Origin: Mycobacteriales bacterium | GTDB taxonomy: Bacteria; Actinomycetota; Actinomycetes; Mycobacteriales; SCTD01 | DNA: 38,127 nt | Assembly (NCBI GenBank): GCA_046593875.1 | Contig: JBKJQQ010000004.1 | Location: forward strand, 1-38,127 | Direction: 5' to 3' | In this document: positions 16,825 through 25,873 of the stretch, in pieces | How the letters are laid out: each line of letters begins with the position of its first letter | How positions within the stretch are numbered: position 1 is the first letter of the stretch | Position numbers and translations under genes: made by a program | Notes under the pieces: generated by a model | The model's input: only the letters and a program-made list of their open reading frames with translations | What the model was told of the DNA's origin: nothing | Database searches by the model: none

Positions 16825-18525
16825 ATGGACGCCGAGGCCCGGCTGCCCGCGCAGTCGCCCAGCGCCCAGATGCGGGCGCGTCCCGCGACCGGAACCAGCA
16901 CCGTCGACGAGCTGAACCTGCTGCGCTCGGCCGTCGAAGGCGGGCTGGACGGCATGGTCGTCGTCTCCGCCGACGGCGTCATGATCACCAACAACCTGCG
17001 CTTCCAGGAGATCTGGCCGATCCCACCCGAGGTCGTGACCAGCGGCTCGGACGAGGCGGCGCTGCACTCCGTGCTCGACAAGCTGGTCGAGCCCGACGCC
17101 TTCCTCACACGCGTCCACGAGCTCTACCAGCAGGCGTCCGGCTCCTCACGCGACGAGCTGCTGCTCCGCGACGGACGCGTGCTCGACCGCTACGGCACCG
17201 CACTGCACGACGACGGCGGCGCCTACATCGGCTGGGCCTGGTTCTTCCGCGACGTCACCTCCGAGCGCGCTGCGGCCATCGACGCGGGCCGCCTTGGAGC
17301 GCTGGTCGCGGTGGCGCAGGAGCTCGGCGAGGCACGCGACGAGGACGACGTACTGGCCGTGGTGGCCGGGCTGGGGGCGAGCGTGCTGGGGGCGCAGGGT
17401 GTCGCCCTCTGCCTCCGCACCGAGACGCCCCACCTGCTCCGCACGGTGGCGACGGCCTTCTTCGACGAGGGCGTACGGAACGCGGTCGCCGAGATCCCCG
17501 ACGACGCGGACCTCCCGATCGCCCGCACGGCCCGCACGGGCGAGGCGCTGTTCTACCTGGACCGGGACGACGCCGTTGCCGAGTTCCCAGGGAGTGCAGC
17601 GCTGTACGAGCAGGCGCGGACGCGCGCGTCTGCCGTCGTCCCGTTGAGCGCGCAGACGGGCACCTTCGGGGCGCTCGCCGTCGCGTTCGAGCAGCCCAAC
17701 GCCTGGCGTCCCGCTGACCGAAACCTCCTGCAGGCGCTGAGTGCCCTGACCGCGCAGACCCTCCAGCGACTGTCGGCGCGCCGGGCCGAGCAGGTGGCCC
17801 ACGCCGCCGTGCGCCGGCTGTCCGAGACGCTCCAGCGCAGTCTGCTCACCGCGCCCCCGCACACCGACGCGTACGAGCTCGCGGTGCGCTACCAGCCGGC
17901 GGCGCAGGAGGCCCAGGTCGGCGGCGACTGGTACGACGCCTTCTCCATCGGCGGAGACCGCATGACGCTGGTCGTCGGCGACGTCGCCGGCCACGACCGC
18001 AACGCCGCCGCCGCGATGGCCCAGGTGCGCAACGTCCTGCGCGGGGTGGCGCAGACGCTGGGCGAGCCGCCCGGCGCCGTGCTCCGCGCGCTCGACCTCG
18101 CCCTCGACCGGCTGGAGGTGGCCGCCCTCGCCACCGCCGTGCTCTGCCAGGTCGAGCCGGCAGCCGACGGCGCCCTGCTCCTGCGCTGGTCGAACGCCGG
18201 CCACCCGCCCCCGCTCCTGGTGCACCCGGACGGAAGCGCCGAGCTCCTCTCGACCGATCCCGAGATGCTGCTGGGCATCTCGCCGGGTGACGACCGGTCC
18301 GACCACACCTCCGTCCTGCCGCCGGGGGCCACGCTGGTGCTCTACACCGACGGCATCGTCGAGCGGCGGGACCACGCACTGGACGTCGGGCTCGAGCGGC
18401 TGCGCCAGACCGCTGCGGAGCTGCACCGCCTGAGCCCGGACGACCTGTGCGACGGCTTGCTCGAGCTGCTCGCGGCGGGCGCCGAGGACGACGTGGCCCT
18501 GCTCGTGCTGCGGGTCCGCGCGTGA
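16825..18525 (+). CDS. PAS-GAF-PP2C (SpoIIE/RsbU-type) serine phosphatase
   Basis: PAS-like N-terminus (LLRSAVEGGLDGMVVVSADGVMITNN). A central GAF-like region. PP2C/SpoIIE motifs GGDWYDAF and VVGDVAGHD, ending ...DDVALLVLR. ATG 16825 has a GGAGCGGAGG SD. Confidence 0.8.
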   Translation: MDAEARLPAQSPSAQMRARPATGTSTVDELNLLRSAVEGGLDGMVVVSADGVMITNNLRFQEIWPIPPEVVTSGSDEAALHSVLDKLVEPDAFLTRVHELYQQASGSSRDELLLRDGRVLDRYGTALHDDGGAYIGWAWFFRDVTSERAAAIDAGRLGALVAVAQELGEARDEDDVLAVVAGLGASVLGAQGVALCLRTETPHLLRTVATAFFDEGVRNAVAEIPDDADLPIARTARTGEALFYLDRDDAVAEFPGSAALYEQARTRASAVVPLSAQTGTFGALAVAFEQPNAWRPADRNLLQALSALTAQTLQRLSARRAEQVAHAAVRRLSETLQRSLLTAPPHTDAYELAVRYQPAAQEAQVGGDWYDAFSIGGDRMTLVVGDVAGHDRNAAAAMAQVRNVLRGVAQTLGEPPGAVLRALDLALDRLEVAALATAVLCQVEPAADGALLLRWSNAGHPPPLLVHPDGSAELLSTDPEMLLGISPGDDRSDHTSVLPPGATLVLYTDGIVERRDHALDVGLERLRQTAAELHRLSPDDLCDGLLELLAAGAEDDVALLVLRVRA

Positions 18526-18609
18526 GCGCGGTGCTGCACCTGCCGGGGCGCCCGTCCTCGGCGCCGGAGGCACCTCGCGTCGGGGACGGCTCGCTCCGCC
18601 TCGTGCCTC

Positions 18610-19758
18610 TCAGGCGGCCTTGAGGCCCTCGACCTCGGACGAGGCGACCGGCGCGGAACCGCGCTCGGCACCGAAGACCTCGTTCGGCAGCGACAGGGCG
18701 AAGATCTTGGCCCAGGCCGACGCGAGCTGCTTGGGGAACGGCCCCGTCGCGTAGGTCAGGCCGTACCGCTCGAAGATCTCCTGCACCTTCGGGGCGATCT
18801 CCTTGTAGCGGTTGCTCGGCAGGTCCGGGTAGAGGTGGTGCTCGACCTGGAAGGACAGGTTGCCGGTCATGAGGTGCAGCAGGGGACCACCAGAGATGTT
18901 CGCGGCACCCAGCATCTGGCGCAGGTACCACTCTCCGCGGGTCTCGCCGTCGATGGACTTCTTCTCGAAGGTCTCGACGCCGTAGGGGAAGTGGCCACAC
19001 ATGATGACCGAGTGGGTCCACACGTTGCGGGCGACGTTCGCCGTGACGTTGGCGGCCAGCGTGGTCAGCGCCGACGGGCCGGACAGCAGCGGGTGCACCA
19101 GGTAGTCGCGGGTGGCCTGCTTGCGGACCTTCCCGAGGACGGCACCGAGCTGCTTCTTGAACAGCGCCTTGTCCTTGCGGCCCTTGACGACCTTGCCGAT
19201 CTCGAGGTCGTACGCCGCGATGCCGTACTCGAACATCAGCATGTTCACGAAGTTGTAGAGCGGCTGGCCCAGCAGGTACGGGCTCCAGCGCTGGTCCTCG
19301 TCGACCCGCATGATCCCGTAGCCGAGGTCGTTGTCGCGCCCGAGCACGTTGGTGAAGGTGTGGTGGATCTGGTTGTGCGAGTGCTTCCACATGTCCGACG
19401 GGGTGGCGTTGTCCCACTCCCAGCTGGTCGAGTGCACCTTCGGGTCGCGCATCCAGTCCCACTGGCCGTGCATGACGTTGTGCCCGATCTCCATGTTCTC
19501 GAGGATCTTCGCGACCGAGAGGCCGGCCGTGCCCGCGAGCCAGGCGGGCGGGAACAGCGAGAACAGCAGGACCGCGCGGCTGCTCAGCTCGATCTTGCGC
19601 TGGGCGTCGATGACCTTGCGGATGTACGCCGCGTCGCGCTCGCCGCGGCTGGCCAGCACCTGCTCGCGGATGGCGTCGAGCTCACGACCGATCTGCTCGA
19701 TGTCCTCGGCGGACAGATGGGCGATCGGGTTGTGCTTCTTCTTCTGGATGGCCGTCAT
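18610..19758 (-). CDS. desA3: Membrane acyl-CoA (stearoyl-CoA delta-9 type) fatty-acid desaturase, DesA3-like
   Basis: Histidine boxes HNVMH, HNQIHH and QVEHHLYPDLPSNR. Blocks ENMEIGHNVMHGQWDWM and HLYPDLPSNR match my memory of M. tuberculosis DesA3. Start at ATG 19758 (MTAIQKKKHNP...). The upstream 280 codons of the track ORF are shadow. Confidence 0.85.
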   Translation of the reverse strand: MTAIQKKKHNPIAHLSAEDIEQIGRELDAIREQVLASRGERDAAYIRKVIDAQRKIELSSRAVLLFSLFPPAWLAGTAGLSVAKILENMEIGHNVMHGQWDWMRDPKVHSTSWEWDNATPSDMWKHSHNQIHHTFTNVLGRDNDLGYGIMRVDEDQRWSPYLLGQPLYNFVNMLMFEYGIAAYDLEIGKVVKGRKDKALFKKQLGAVLGKVRKQATRDYLVHPLLSGPSALTTLAANVTANVARNVWTHSVIMCGHFPYGVETFEKKSIDGETRGEWYLRQMLGAANISGGPLLHLMTGNLSFQVEHHLYPDLPSNRYKEIAPKVQEIFERYGLTYATGPFPKQLASAWAKIFALSLPNEVFGAERGSAPVASSEVEGLKAA

Positions 19759-19769
19759 GTCGATCTCCT

Positions 19770-20873
19770 CTACAGCTCGATGTCGCACGCGCCGGCGGCA
19801 GCCGAGACGCAGGTCTGGATCAGGACGCCGTCGCCCTCGGCGGCGGTGGTGAGGGTGCCGTCGCGCAGGTCGCGGACCGCGCCCGAGCGCAGCGGCACGA
19901 CGCAGCCGAAGCAGATGCCCATCCGGCAGCCGGACGGCATGAGCACGCCCGCGGCCTCGCCGGCGTCGAGCAGCGCGGTCGCGCCGTCGGCGTCGACGGT
20001 GACGGCCTGGACGCTGAAGCTGACGGTGCCGCCCTCCCCGGTCACGAGGACCCGGGGCCGGAAGCGCTCGATGTGCAGGCTGTCGGACAGCCCGGCCGCG
20101 GCGAAGTGCTCCTCGATCGCGTCGAGCATGCCGGTCGGGCCGCACGCCCAGGTCTGCCGCTCCGCGAGGTCGGGGACCAGGGCGGCCAGCTCGTCCACGC
20201 TGAGCATCCCGTCGGTGTCGGTGTGCTTCTCGACCAGCCGGATCCGCCCGTCGAGCGCGAGCTGACGCAGCTCTCCGGCGAAGACGACGTCGGTGGCGGT
20301 GGGCGCCGAGTGCACGAGCACGACGTCCTCGAGCTCGGCTGTCCCTTCCGAGAAGGCGTTGCGCAGCATCCCCATGACGGGCGTGATGCCGCTGCCGCCC
20401 GTGACGAACAGGACCTTGGCGGGGCGGGTCGCGGGGAGCACGAAGTCGCCGGCAGCCTGGTCGAGCTGCAGCACCAGGCCGGGCGCGGCCCGGCGCACGA
20501 GGTGGTTGCTGACGACGCCGTCCGGGATGGCCTTCACCGTGATGGCGATGCAGCCGTCGGCGCGGTCGACCGGCGAGGTCAGCGAGTACGTCCGCCACTG
20601 CCGGACGCCGTTGACGTCGACGCCGATGCGGACGTACTGGCCGGGTACGTGCCCGCGCCAGCCGCGACCGGGGCGGATCACGATGCTGATGGCGTCGCGC
20701 GTCTCGGGGTGGACGGCCACGACGCGGCCGCGCAGGTCGTCGCTGTTGCGCAGCGGGTCGAGCAGGTCGACGAAGTCGCTCGGGACGAGCGGCGTGGCGA
20801 TGAGCTCGGCGAGCTGCGCGGCGCGCTCGCGCAGCCGTCCGAGGACGGGGGGAGCTGAGGCGGGTGCGGTCAT
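19770..20873 (-). CDS. FAD/NAD(P)-binding ferredoxin-reductase-type oxidoreductase with a C-terminal 2Fe-2S domain (Rv3230c-like desaturase partner)
   Basis: Flavin motif RTYSLTS. NAD motif GGSGITP. 2Fe-2S cysteines as CRMGICFGC...C. It sits 11 bp upstream of desA3 on the same strand. Confidence 0.8.
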   Translation of the reverse strand: MTAPASAPPVLGRLRERAAQLAELIATPLVPSDFVDLLDPLRNSDDLRGRVVAVHPETRDAISIVIRPGRGWRGHVPGQYVRIGVDVNGVRQWRTYSLTSPVDRADGCIAITVKAIPDGVVSNHLVRRAAPGLVLQLDQAAGDFVLPATRPAKVLFVTGGSGITPVMGMLRNAFSEGTAELEDVVLVHSAPTATDVVFAGELRQLALDGRIRLVEKHTDTDGMLSVDELAALVPDLAERQTWACGPTGMLDAIEEHFAAAGLSDSLHIERFRPRVLVTGEGGTVSFSVQAVTVDADGATALLDAGEAAGVLMPSGCRMGICFGCVVPLRSGAVRDLRDGTLTTAAEGDGVLIQTCVSAAAGACDIEL

Positions 20874-20933
20874 GGGAGAACCATCCCCGTCAGAGGGGGT
20901 CGGGTGCTGCGTCCACGGCGTACGAGTCGACGG

Positions 20934-20964
20934 CCCGTAGTTGTGGCGGCAGCACAACTACGGG
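20934..20964. promoter_or_regulatory. Perfect 12-7-12 inverted repeat in the reductase-desA3 / plsC divergent region
   Basis: CCCGTAGTTGTG at 20934-45, spacer gcggcag, CACAACTACGGG at 20953-64. The arms are exact reverse complements. It lies 61 bp upstream of the reductase start. Confidence 0.5.
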
Positions 20965-21067
20965 ACGTGTGCAGGGCCTGCGACGCGTCAAACCCGGCGT
21001 GATGCATGCGCCGGACCGCGAAGGGCCTCCCTGCCGGACTCGGGCCGCTAGGTTCGCCGACGTGGGG

Positions 21068-21817
21068 ATGCGCGTCCTGTCGACCGTCTTCTGGGCGTTC
21101 GTCGTCGTGAGCTCGGTGCTGCTGCTCCCCGGAGCGGTCCTGCTGTGGGCCCTCACGGCGCCGTTCGGACGCCGACGCGTGCTGCTGCACCTCTACACCT
21201 GCTTCTGGGCCTCGCTCTACACCTGGTGCAACCCGCTGTGGCCGGTCACGGTCCGCGGGCGCGAGCACGTCAAGCGCGGCGCGACGTACGTCATGGTCGC
21301 CAACCACTTGTCCCTGCTCGACATCCTGGTGCTGTTCCGACTCTTCCGGCACTTCACGTGGGTGAGCAAGGCGGAGAACTTCCGGGTGCCGGTGGTCGGC
21401 TGGAACATGCGCCTCAACGCCTACATCCCCCTGCGGCGCGGCGACCGCGACAGCGTTGCCGCCATGCTCGCGACCGCCGAGAGCGACCTGCGCGACGGCA
21501 CGTCCGTGATGATCTTCCCGGAGGGCACCCGCTCGCGGGACGGCCGGCTCAAGCCGTTCAAGGCCGGAGCGTTCGAGCTCGCCGTCGGCACAGGCCATCC
21601 GGTGCTGCCGATCGTCGTCGGCGGCACCGGGGACGCCCTGCCCGCGCGTGGTTTCGTCCTGCGCGGGCGGCACCGGATCACCTTGACCGTGCTGCCCCCG
21701 ATTCCGTCGCAGGACCAGGACCCGGCAGCGCTGCTGGAGCAGACCCGCTCCGCGATCGCGGCGGAGCAGGGCGTCGGTCTGCGGACTTCTGCGACGAGAC
21801 GCTCGCCGGAGCCGTAG
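21068..21817 (+). CDS. plsC: 1-acyl-sn-glycerol-3-phosphate (lysophospholipid) acyltransferase
   Basis: HX4D motif as NHLSLLD. Also FPEGTRS. N-terminal TM segment. ATG 21068. Confidence 0.8.
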   Translation: MRVLSTVFWAFVVVSSVLLLPGAVLLWALTAPFGRRRVLLHLYTCFWASLYTWCNPLWPVTVRGREHVKRGATYVMVANHLSLLDILVLFRLFRHFTWVSKAENFRVPVVGWNMRLNAYIPLRRGDRDSVAAMLATAESDLRDGTSVMIFPEGTRSRDGRLKPFKAGAFELAVGTGHPVLPIVVGGTGDALPARGFVLRGRHRITLTVLPPIPSQDQDPAALLEQTRSAIAAEQGVGLRTSATRRSPEP

Positions 21818-21831
21818 CGACGGTCAGGCGG

Positions 21832-22341
21832 TCAGGTGCCCTCAGGACTCCGCAGCGCCCGAAGGGCGAGACCGACCAGGACGAAGACGATCCCGAGTCC
21901 CATGGCCATCGCGGCGATACCGAAGCTGACAACGCTGGTGAACAGGCTGGCCCGCAGGAAGCTGCCGTCCATGACGATCGCGCGGACCGGGTCCTCCCGG
22001 TCGAGCTCGGCGTAGGTCTTGCCGGCGCCGAAGGTCAGCGAGTGCTTCTCGATGACCTGCGCCTGGGCGTACGCGGTGAACGGCCCGTCCACCGGCTGTC
22101 CAGCGAAGCGGGCCGCGTCCACGGCGACGGTGATGTTCTCGTCCGCCAGGTTGCTCTGCACCGTGGCCCAGGTGCCGGCACCGGCCAGGCCGAGGACGAG
22201 CCCTGCCGCGACCACCAGGGCTCCGAGGAGCCCGACCCGCTGGTCGGTCCGCGACGGAGACGGTGTCGAGCGCTCGAGTCGCGCGGTGGTCACCGGGGTG
22301 AGGTCAGTGCTCGCGACGTACGGGGCTGCGGTGCTGGTCAT
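21832..22341 (-). CDS. Hypothetical bitopic membrane protein
   Basis: High GC3. GGAGG SD before ATG 22341. One TM near the N-terminus and one near the C-terminus flank a soluble domain. No motif recognised. Confidence 0.55.
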   Translation of the reverse strand: MTSTAAPYVASTDLTPVTTARLERSTPSPSRTDQRVGLLGALVVAAGLVLGLAGAGTWATVQSNLADENITVAVDAARFAGQPVDGPFTAYAQAQVIEKHSLTFGAGKTYAELDREDPVRAIVMDGSFLRASLFTSVVSFGIAAMAMGLGIVFVLVGLALRALRSPEGT

Positions 22342-22456
22342 GCCGGCCTCCGGGCTCGTGCTGTTCCGGTCGCCGGGCCGCACCAGGCGGTGCTCGGGTC
22401 ACGTGGCTCGACGGTGTCCCGGCGTAGACGCTAGATCGCGGAGGCGCTTGCTCACA

Positions 22457-22470
22457 GGGACTTTCGTCCC
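22457..22470. promoter_or_regulatory. DosR/DevR-box-like palindrome GGGACTTTCGTCCC
   Basis: GGGAC-N4-GTCCC matches 13 of 14 positions of the core of the M. tuberculosis DosR consensus (GGGACTWWAGTCCC). It lies in the divergent region between the membrane-protein gene and the PPOX/Acg/USP genes. Confidence 0.45.
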
Positions 22471-22679
22471 GTCCTGATCATCCATCGGTCCCGACGGACC
22501 TCGCGCGGTCGGCGCCGTACGGCAGCTGCCCGGCGAGGGCGATGCGGGACCTTCGCCTCTGCCGAGCGCGCCGAGGAGACGGCAGTCTCGATGGACGACG
22601 AGCGGGCGGAAGCGCCGTTGCGGTTCGTCGACGAAGGCACCCCGAGGTGGGTCCGCGCCGAGCTGGACGGGAGTCCGTC

Positions 22680-23351
22680 ATGCCTGATCTCCGCCTGAGC
22701 GCCCTGCCCGGGAGCCTGCTCCGCCTGGCCGGGCAGCACGGCTCCTCCGCCGTCGCCAACGCCGCCGCGGCCGCAGGCGCGCTCAGTGCCGCGGTGCGGG
22801 AACGCGGCGACCTCACCCATCGGCTCCTGCACGAGGCCGCCACCAGCCCGGACGCCGGCTCGCTCTCCGTGCTCACCGACCACACCTGCTGGGAACTGCT
22901 GGCCACCAGGGACGTGGGCCGGCTCGCCTACATCGCGAGGCAGGGCGTGCCGGACATCGTGCCGGTGAACTACGTCCTGCTCCACGGCGACGTGCTCATC
23001 CGCTCCGGCCCGGGCCCGAAGCTGCAGGCCGCGGAACGCCAGGACCTGGTGGCCTTCGAGGTCGACGACCTGGACGCGGCCGACCGGTCGGGCTGGTCGG
23101 TCGTCGTCCACGGCCGGGCGACGCGGCTGTCGTGGGCAGAGCAGCAGCACCTCGGTCTCAGCCCCCCGCCGGACGGCGCGCCGTGGGCGGACGGGCCCCG
23201 CCGGCAGGTGATCCGCATCAGCCCGCGCCGGGTCACCGGTCGGCGGATCGGCGGCGCCCCGGGCCGCGAGCCGGAGTCCCCGTCTGGGCGGACGTCCCCG
23301 CAGGACGGGACCTTCGGTCCTGTTCCCGTGCCTTGCCGAGATGGAGGCTGA
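22680..23351 (+). CDS. Pyridoxamine 5'-phosphate oxidase-family (flavin/F420-binding split-barrel) protein
   Basis: PPOX-like core CWELLATRDVGRLAYIARQGVPDIVPVNYVLLHGDVLIRSG...AFEVDD...GWSVVVHGRA. GC3 rises sharply from ATG 22680. An alternative GTG start exists at 22869. Confidence 0.7.
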   Translation: MPDLRLSALPGSLLRLAGQHGSSAVANAAAAAGALSAAVRERGDLTHRLLHEAATSPDAGSLSVLTDHTCWELLATRDVGRLAYIARQGVPDIVPVNYVLLHGDVLIRSGPGPKLQAAERQDLVAFEVDDLDAADRSGWSVVVHGRATRLSWAEQQHLGLSPPPDGAPWADGPRRQVIRISPRRVTGRRIGGAPGREPESPSGRTSPQDGTFGPVPVPCRDGG

Positions 23352-23355
23352 GCGC

Positions 23356-24459
23356 ATGACGACGACGTACGCCACCGCGCCGACGTGGCCGGCCGAGCCC
23401 GGACCGACGTCCTCCGTCACGGCCCGGCTGGACTGGTACGCGGCGACCGCCCGCTGGGCGCCGTCCAAGCACAACAGCCAGCCGTGGCGGTTCGTGGTCA
23501 CCGACGACGCCCTGGAGGTCTGGGCGGACCCGTCCCGGTCGCTCGTCGAGACCGACGCCCATCGCCGTGAGCTCGTGCTGTCCTGCGGCGCGGCCATGCA
23601 CCTCGCCGGCGTTGCGGCCCGCGCTCACGGCGTGGCGCCGCTGATCGTGCTCTTCCCGGACGGCCCAGGAGGTTGCGTCGCCCGTCTTGTCGAACGCGGC
23701 CCATGGCAGGTGACTCCGGCAGACCGGGCCCTGCTGCTCGCCGTACCGCGTCGTCGCACCGACCGTGGACCGCTGGACGCGCTCGGGCTGGCCCCGGCAC
23801 TGGCGTTCGAGCTGCAGGACGTCGCCGAAGCACTCGGGTGCGAGCTGCGTCTCGTGGCATCGCCTTGGGCCCGGGCGACGCTGGCCGAGCTGGTGGCACG
23901 CGCCGACCGCCTGCTCGTCCGCGCCCGCGGACCGGAGCGCGAGCTGTCCGCGTGGCTGCGCGCGCCCGGTGACCTCCGCGGCGACGGCGTGCCGTCGGAC
24001 CACACGCGCGGACCCGCCGCCTCCTACCGGGCCGAGTACGTGCAGCGCGACTTCTCGACGCGCAGCTCGACGCCGTCGCAGGACCGGCCGGGAGCAGACC
24101 GCCCCCTCCTGGCGGTGCTGTGCACGGCGACCGACGGCAATCACGACCACGCCCGGGCCGGCGCCGCACTGATAGCGGTACTGCTCCACGCCACGGTCGC
24201 CGGTGCGAACGCGTCCTTCCTCAACCAGCCGGTCGAGCACCCCGAGATGCGGCAGGTGCTCCGCGAGCAGCTCCAGCTCGACGGTCACCCCCAGCTCGTC
24301 CTGCGCCTGGGCGCAGGAGGAGAGGTCACACCTCCCCCGCGCCGGAGGCAGACCGACCTGGTCTTCCGCAGCGGGCACGGCGACGTACGACCGGCCGCAG
24401 CGACAGCGGACCAGCAGCACAGGGCGGACCCCGCCCACCGAGGGCAGGAGCACGCATGA
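23356..24459 (+). CDS. acg: Acg-family FMN-binding nitroreductase-like protein
   Basis: APSKHNSQPWRF, RRRTDRGP and the C-terminal ...LGAGGEVTPPPRRRQTDLVF parallel M. tuberculosis Acg (Rv2032) as I recall it. ATG 23356 has a GGAGG SD 8 nt upstream. Confidence 0.8.
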   Translation: MTTTYATAPTWPAEPGPTSSVTARLDWYAATARWAPSKHNSQPWRFVVTDDALEVWADPSRSLVETDAHRRELVLSCGAAMHLAGVAARAHGVAPLIVLFPDGPGGCVARLVERGPWQVTPADRALLLAVPRRRTDRGPLDALGLAPALAFELQDVAEALGCELRLVASPWARATLAELVARADRLLVRARGPERELSAWLRAPGDLRGDGVPSDHTRGPAASYRAEYVQRDFSTRSSTPSQDRPGADRPLLAVLCTATDGNHDHARAGAALIAVLLHATVAGANASFLNQPVEHPEMRQVLREQLQLDGHPQLVLRLGAGGEVTPPPRRRQTDLVFRSGHGDVRPAAATADQQHRADPAHRGQEHA

Positions 24460-24598
24460 CGACCACGGCCCATCACCGGCCGCACTCGGCCGACCAGCCG
24501 ATGCGCCACCTGCGCCCGCTGTCCGCAGACCTGGACCAGGGGGCGCCGACCGACGGCGTCCGCACCGCCGACCGCCTCACGGCGACAGGAGCACGCTC

Positions 24599-25459
24599 AT
24601 GAAGAACGAGATCATCGTCGGGGTCGACCCGACCCCGTCCGGCGTCGCCGCTCTGGAATGGGCTCTCACCGAGGCGGTCTCGACGGGCGCACCCGTCCTC
24701 GCCCTGCGCGCGTGGAGTCCCACCGCGATGGCCGTCGAGGCCTACACCTACGCCCCTGCCGACGTAGACCCGATGGAGTCGGCGACAGCCCAGCTCGTCG
24801 CCGACGAGCAGCTCAAGCTCGCCATCGAGCGCGTCCCTGGCGCAGAAGCGCTCGCCACGACCGCCAGCGCCGTCCTCGGCTCCGCCGCGCAGGTCCTCGT
24901 CGAGCACAGCACGCCGCACTCGACGGTCGTCGTGGGCTGCTGCAGTCACCGGGCCCTGTCCCGTGCCGTCCTCGGCTCGGTCAGCTCCTCGGTCCTGCAC
25001 CACGCCGCCGGTCCGGTCACGATCGTCCCGGCGCCCCGCACGACCGATCAGAGCGCGCCGCGGGTCATCGTCGGGATGGACCACTCCCGAGACGCACGCA
25101 GGGCGTTGGCCGCTGCCGTCGAGCAGGCCGGCCGGCGCGGGGCGACCCTCGTGCCGGTCTACGTCCGCGAGCCGCTGGTCCTGCCCCGCGGTGGGCCGCA
25201 CGCCCCGGACATCGCACTCCTGGAGGACAGCGAGCGACACCTGCTCGACGCCGAGGCACGGGCCGCAGGCGGCACGGACGTGCGCAGCCAGATCCTCACG
25301 GGCAACCCCGTCGCACGACTGCTGGAGCTCGCCCGACCGCAGGACCTGCTCGTCCTGGGATCCCGCGGTCGCGGAGGCTTCGCCGCACTGCTGCTCGGAT
25401 CGACGAGCACCCAGGTCGCGCAGCACGCACCCTGCCCCGTCCTGGTGATCCGCCCCTGA
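24599..25459 (+). CDS. Tandem-domain universal stress protein
   Basis: Two USP domains. The second carries the ATP-binding motif VLGSRGRGGFAALLLGSTSTQVAQHAPCPVLVI. AGGAG SD before ATG 24599. It lies in the tail of track ORF 24203..25459. Confidence 0.85.
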   Translation: MKNEIIVGVDPTPSGVAALEWALTEAVSTGAPVLALRAWSPTAMAVEAYTYAPADVDPMESATAQLVADEQLKLAIERVPGAEALATTASAVLGSAAQVLVEHSTPHSTVVVGCCSHRALSRAVLGSVSSSVLHHAAGPVTIVPAPRTTDQSAPRVIVGMDHSRDARRALAAAVEQAGRRGATLVPVYVREPLVLPRGGPHAPDIALLEDSERHLLDAEARAAGGTDVRSQILTGNPVARLLELARPQDLLVLGSRGRGGFAALLLGSTSTQVAQHAPCPVLVIRP

Positions 25460-25609
25460 CCCGCGCCCGTTGGGTCGCCGTCCGATGAGCACCGTCGGGC
25501 AGCGACCGCCGGCGACGGGACCAAAGCCCCTGTTGCGCCGGGCATGTGGCGGGGACGCTGGCTCGACCGGTCGGGTCCCTGACCGGTGTGACAGAGGGGT
25601 TGTGCAGCG

Positions 25610-25873
25610 ATGATGTGGTACTGGCACGACGACGCCGGCTGGGCCGGCTGGTCCCTGATGCTCTTCTCCATGCTGGTGTTCTGGGCGCTCCTGGCCTGGG
25701 GCGTCTGGGCTGTGCTCCGAGTCGGGAACACGGCAGGTTCCGCCGAGCACAGCCCCGAGCAGGTCCTGCGACACCGGTTTGCCTCCGGTGAGATCGACGC
25801 GGACACCTACGAGAGCGCCCAGGCCACGCTGGCGGACCGGCACCTCCTCGGCGCTCGGGCTCCACTGCACTGA
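25610..25873 (+). CDS. Small membrane protein with a C-terminal SHOCT domain
   Basis: One TM (WSLMLFSMLVFWALLAWGVWAVL), then RHRFASGEIDADTYESAQATLA, typical of SHOCT. Confidence 0.7.
   Translation: MMWYWHDDAGWAGWSLMLFSMLVFWALLAWGVWAVLRVGNTAGSAEHSPEQVLRHRFASGEIDADTYESAQATLADRHLLGARAPLH

Noticed and set aside
18567-18609. A bidirectional terminator between the convergent PP2C and desA3 genes (GAGGCAC...GTGCCTC).
   Set aside because: It has only a 7-bp stem with a 29-nt loop and no U-tract. That is too weak to call.
23307-23321. A second strong DosR box just upstream of acg (GGGAC cttcg GTCCT).
   Set aside because: The spacer is 5 nt rather than 4, and one half-site is imperfect. It is mentioned only as a weak relative of the 22457 site.
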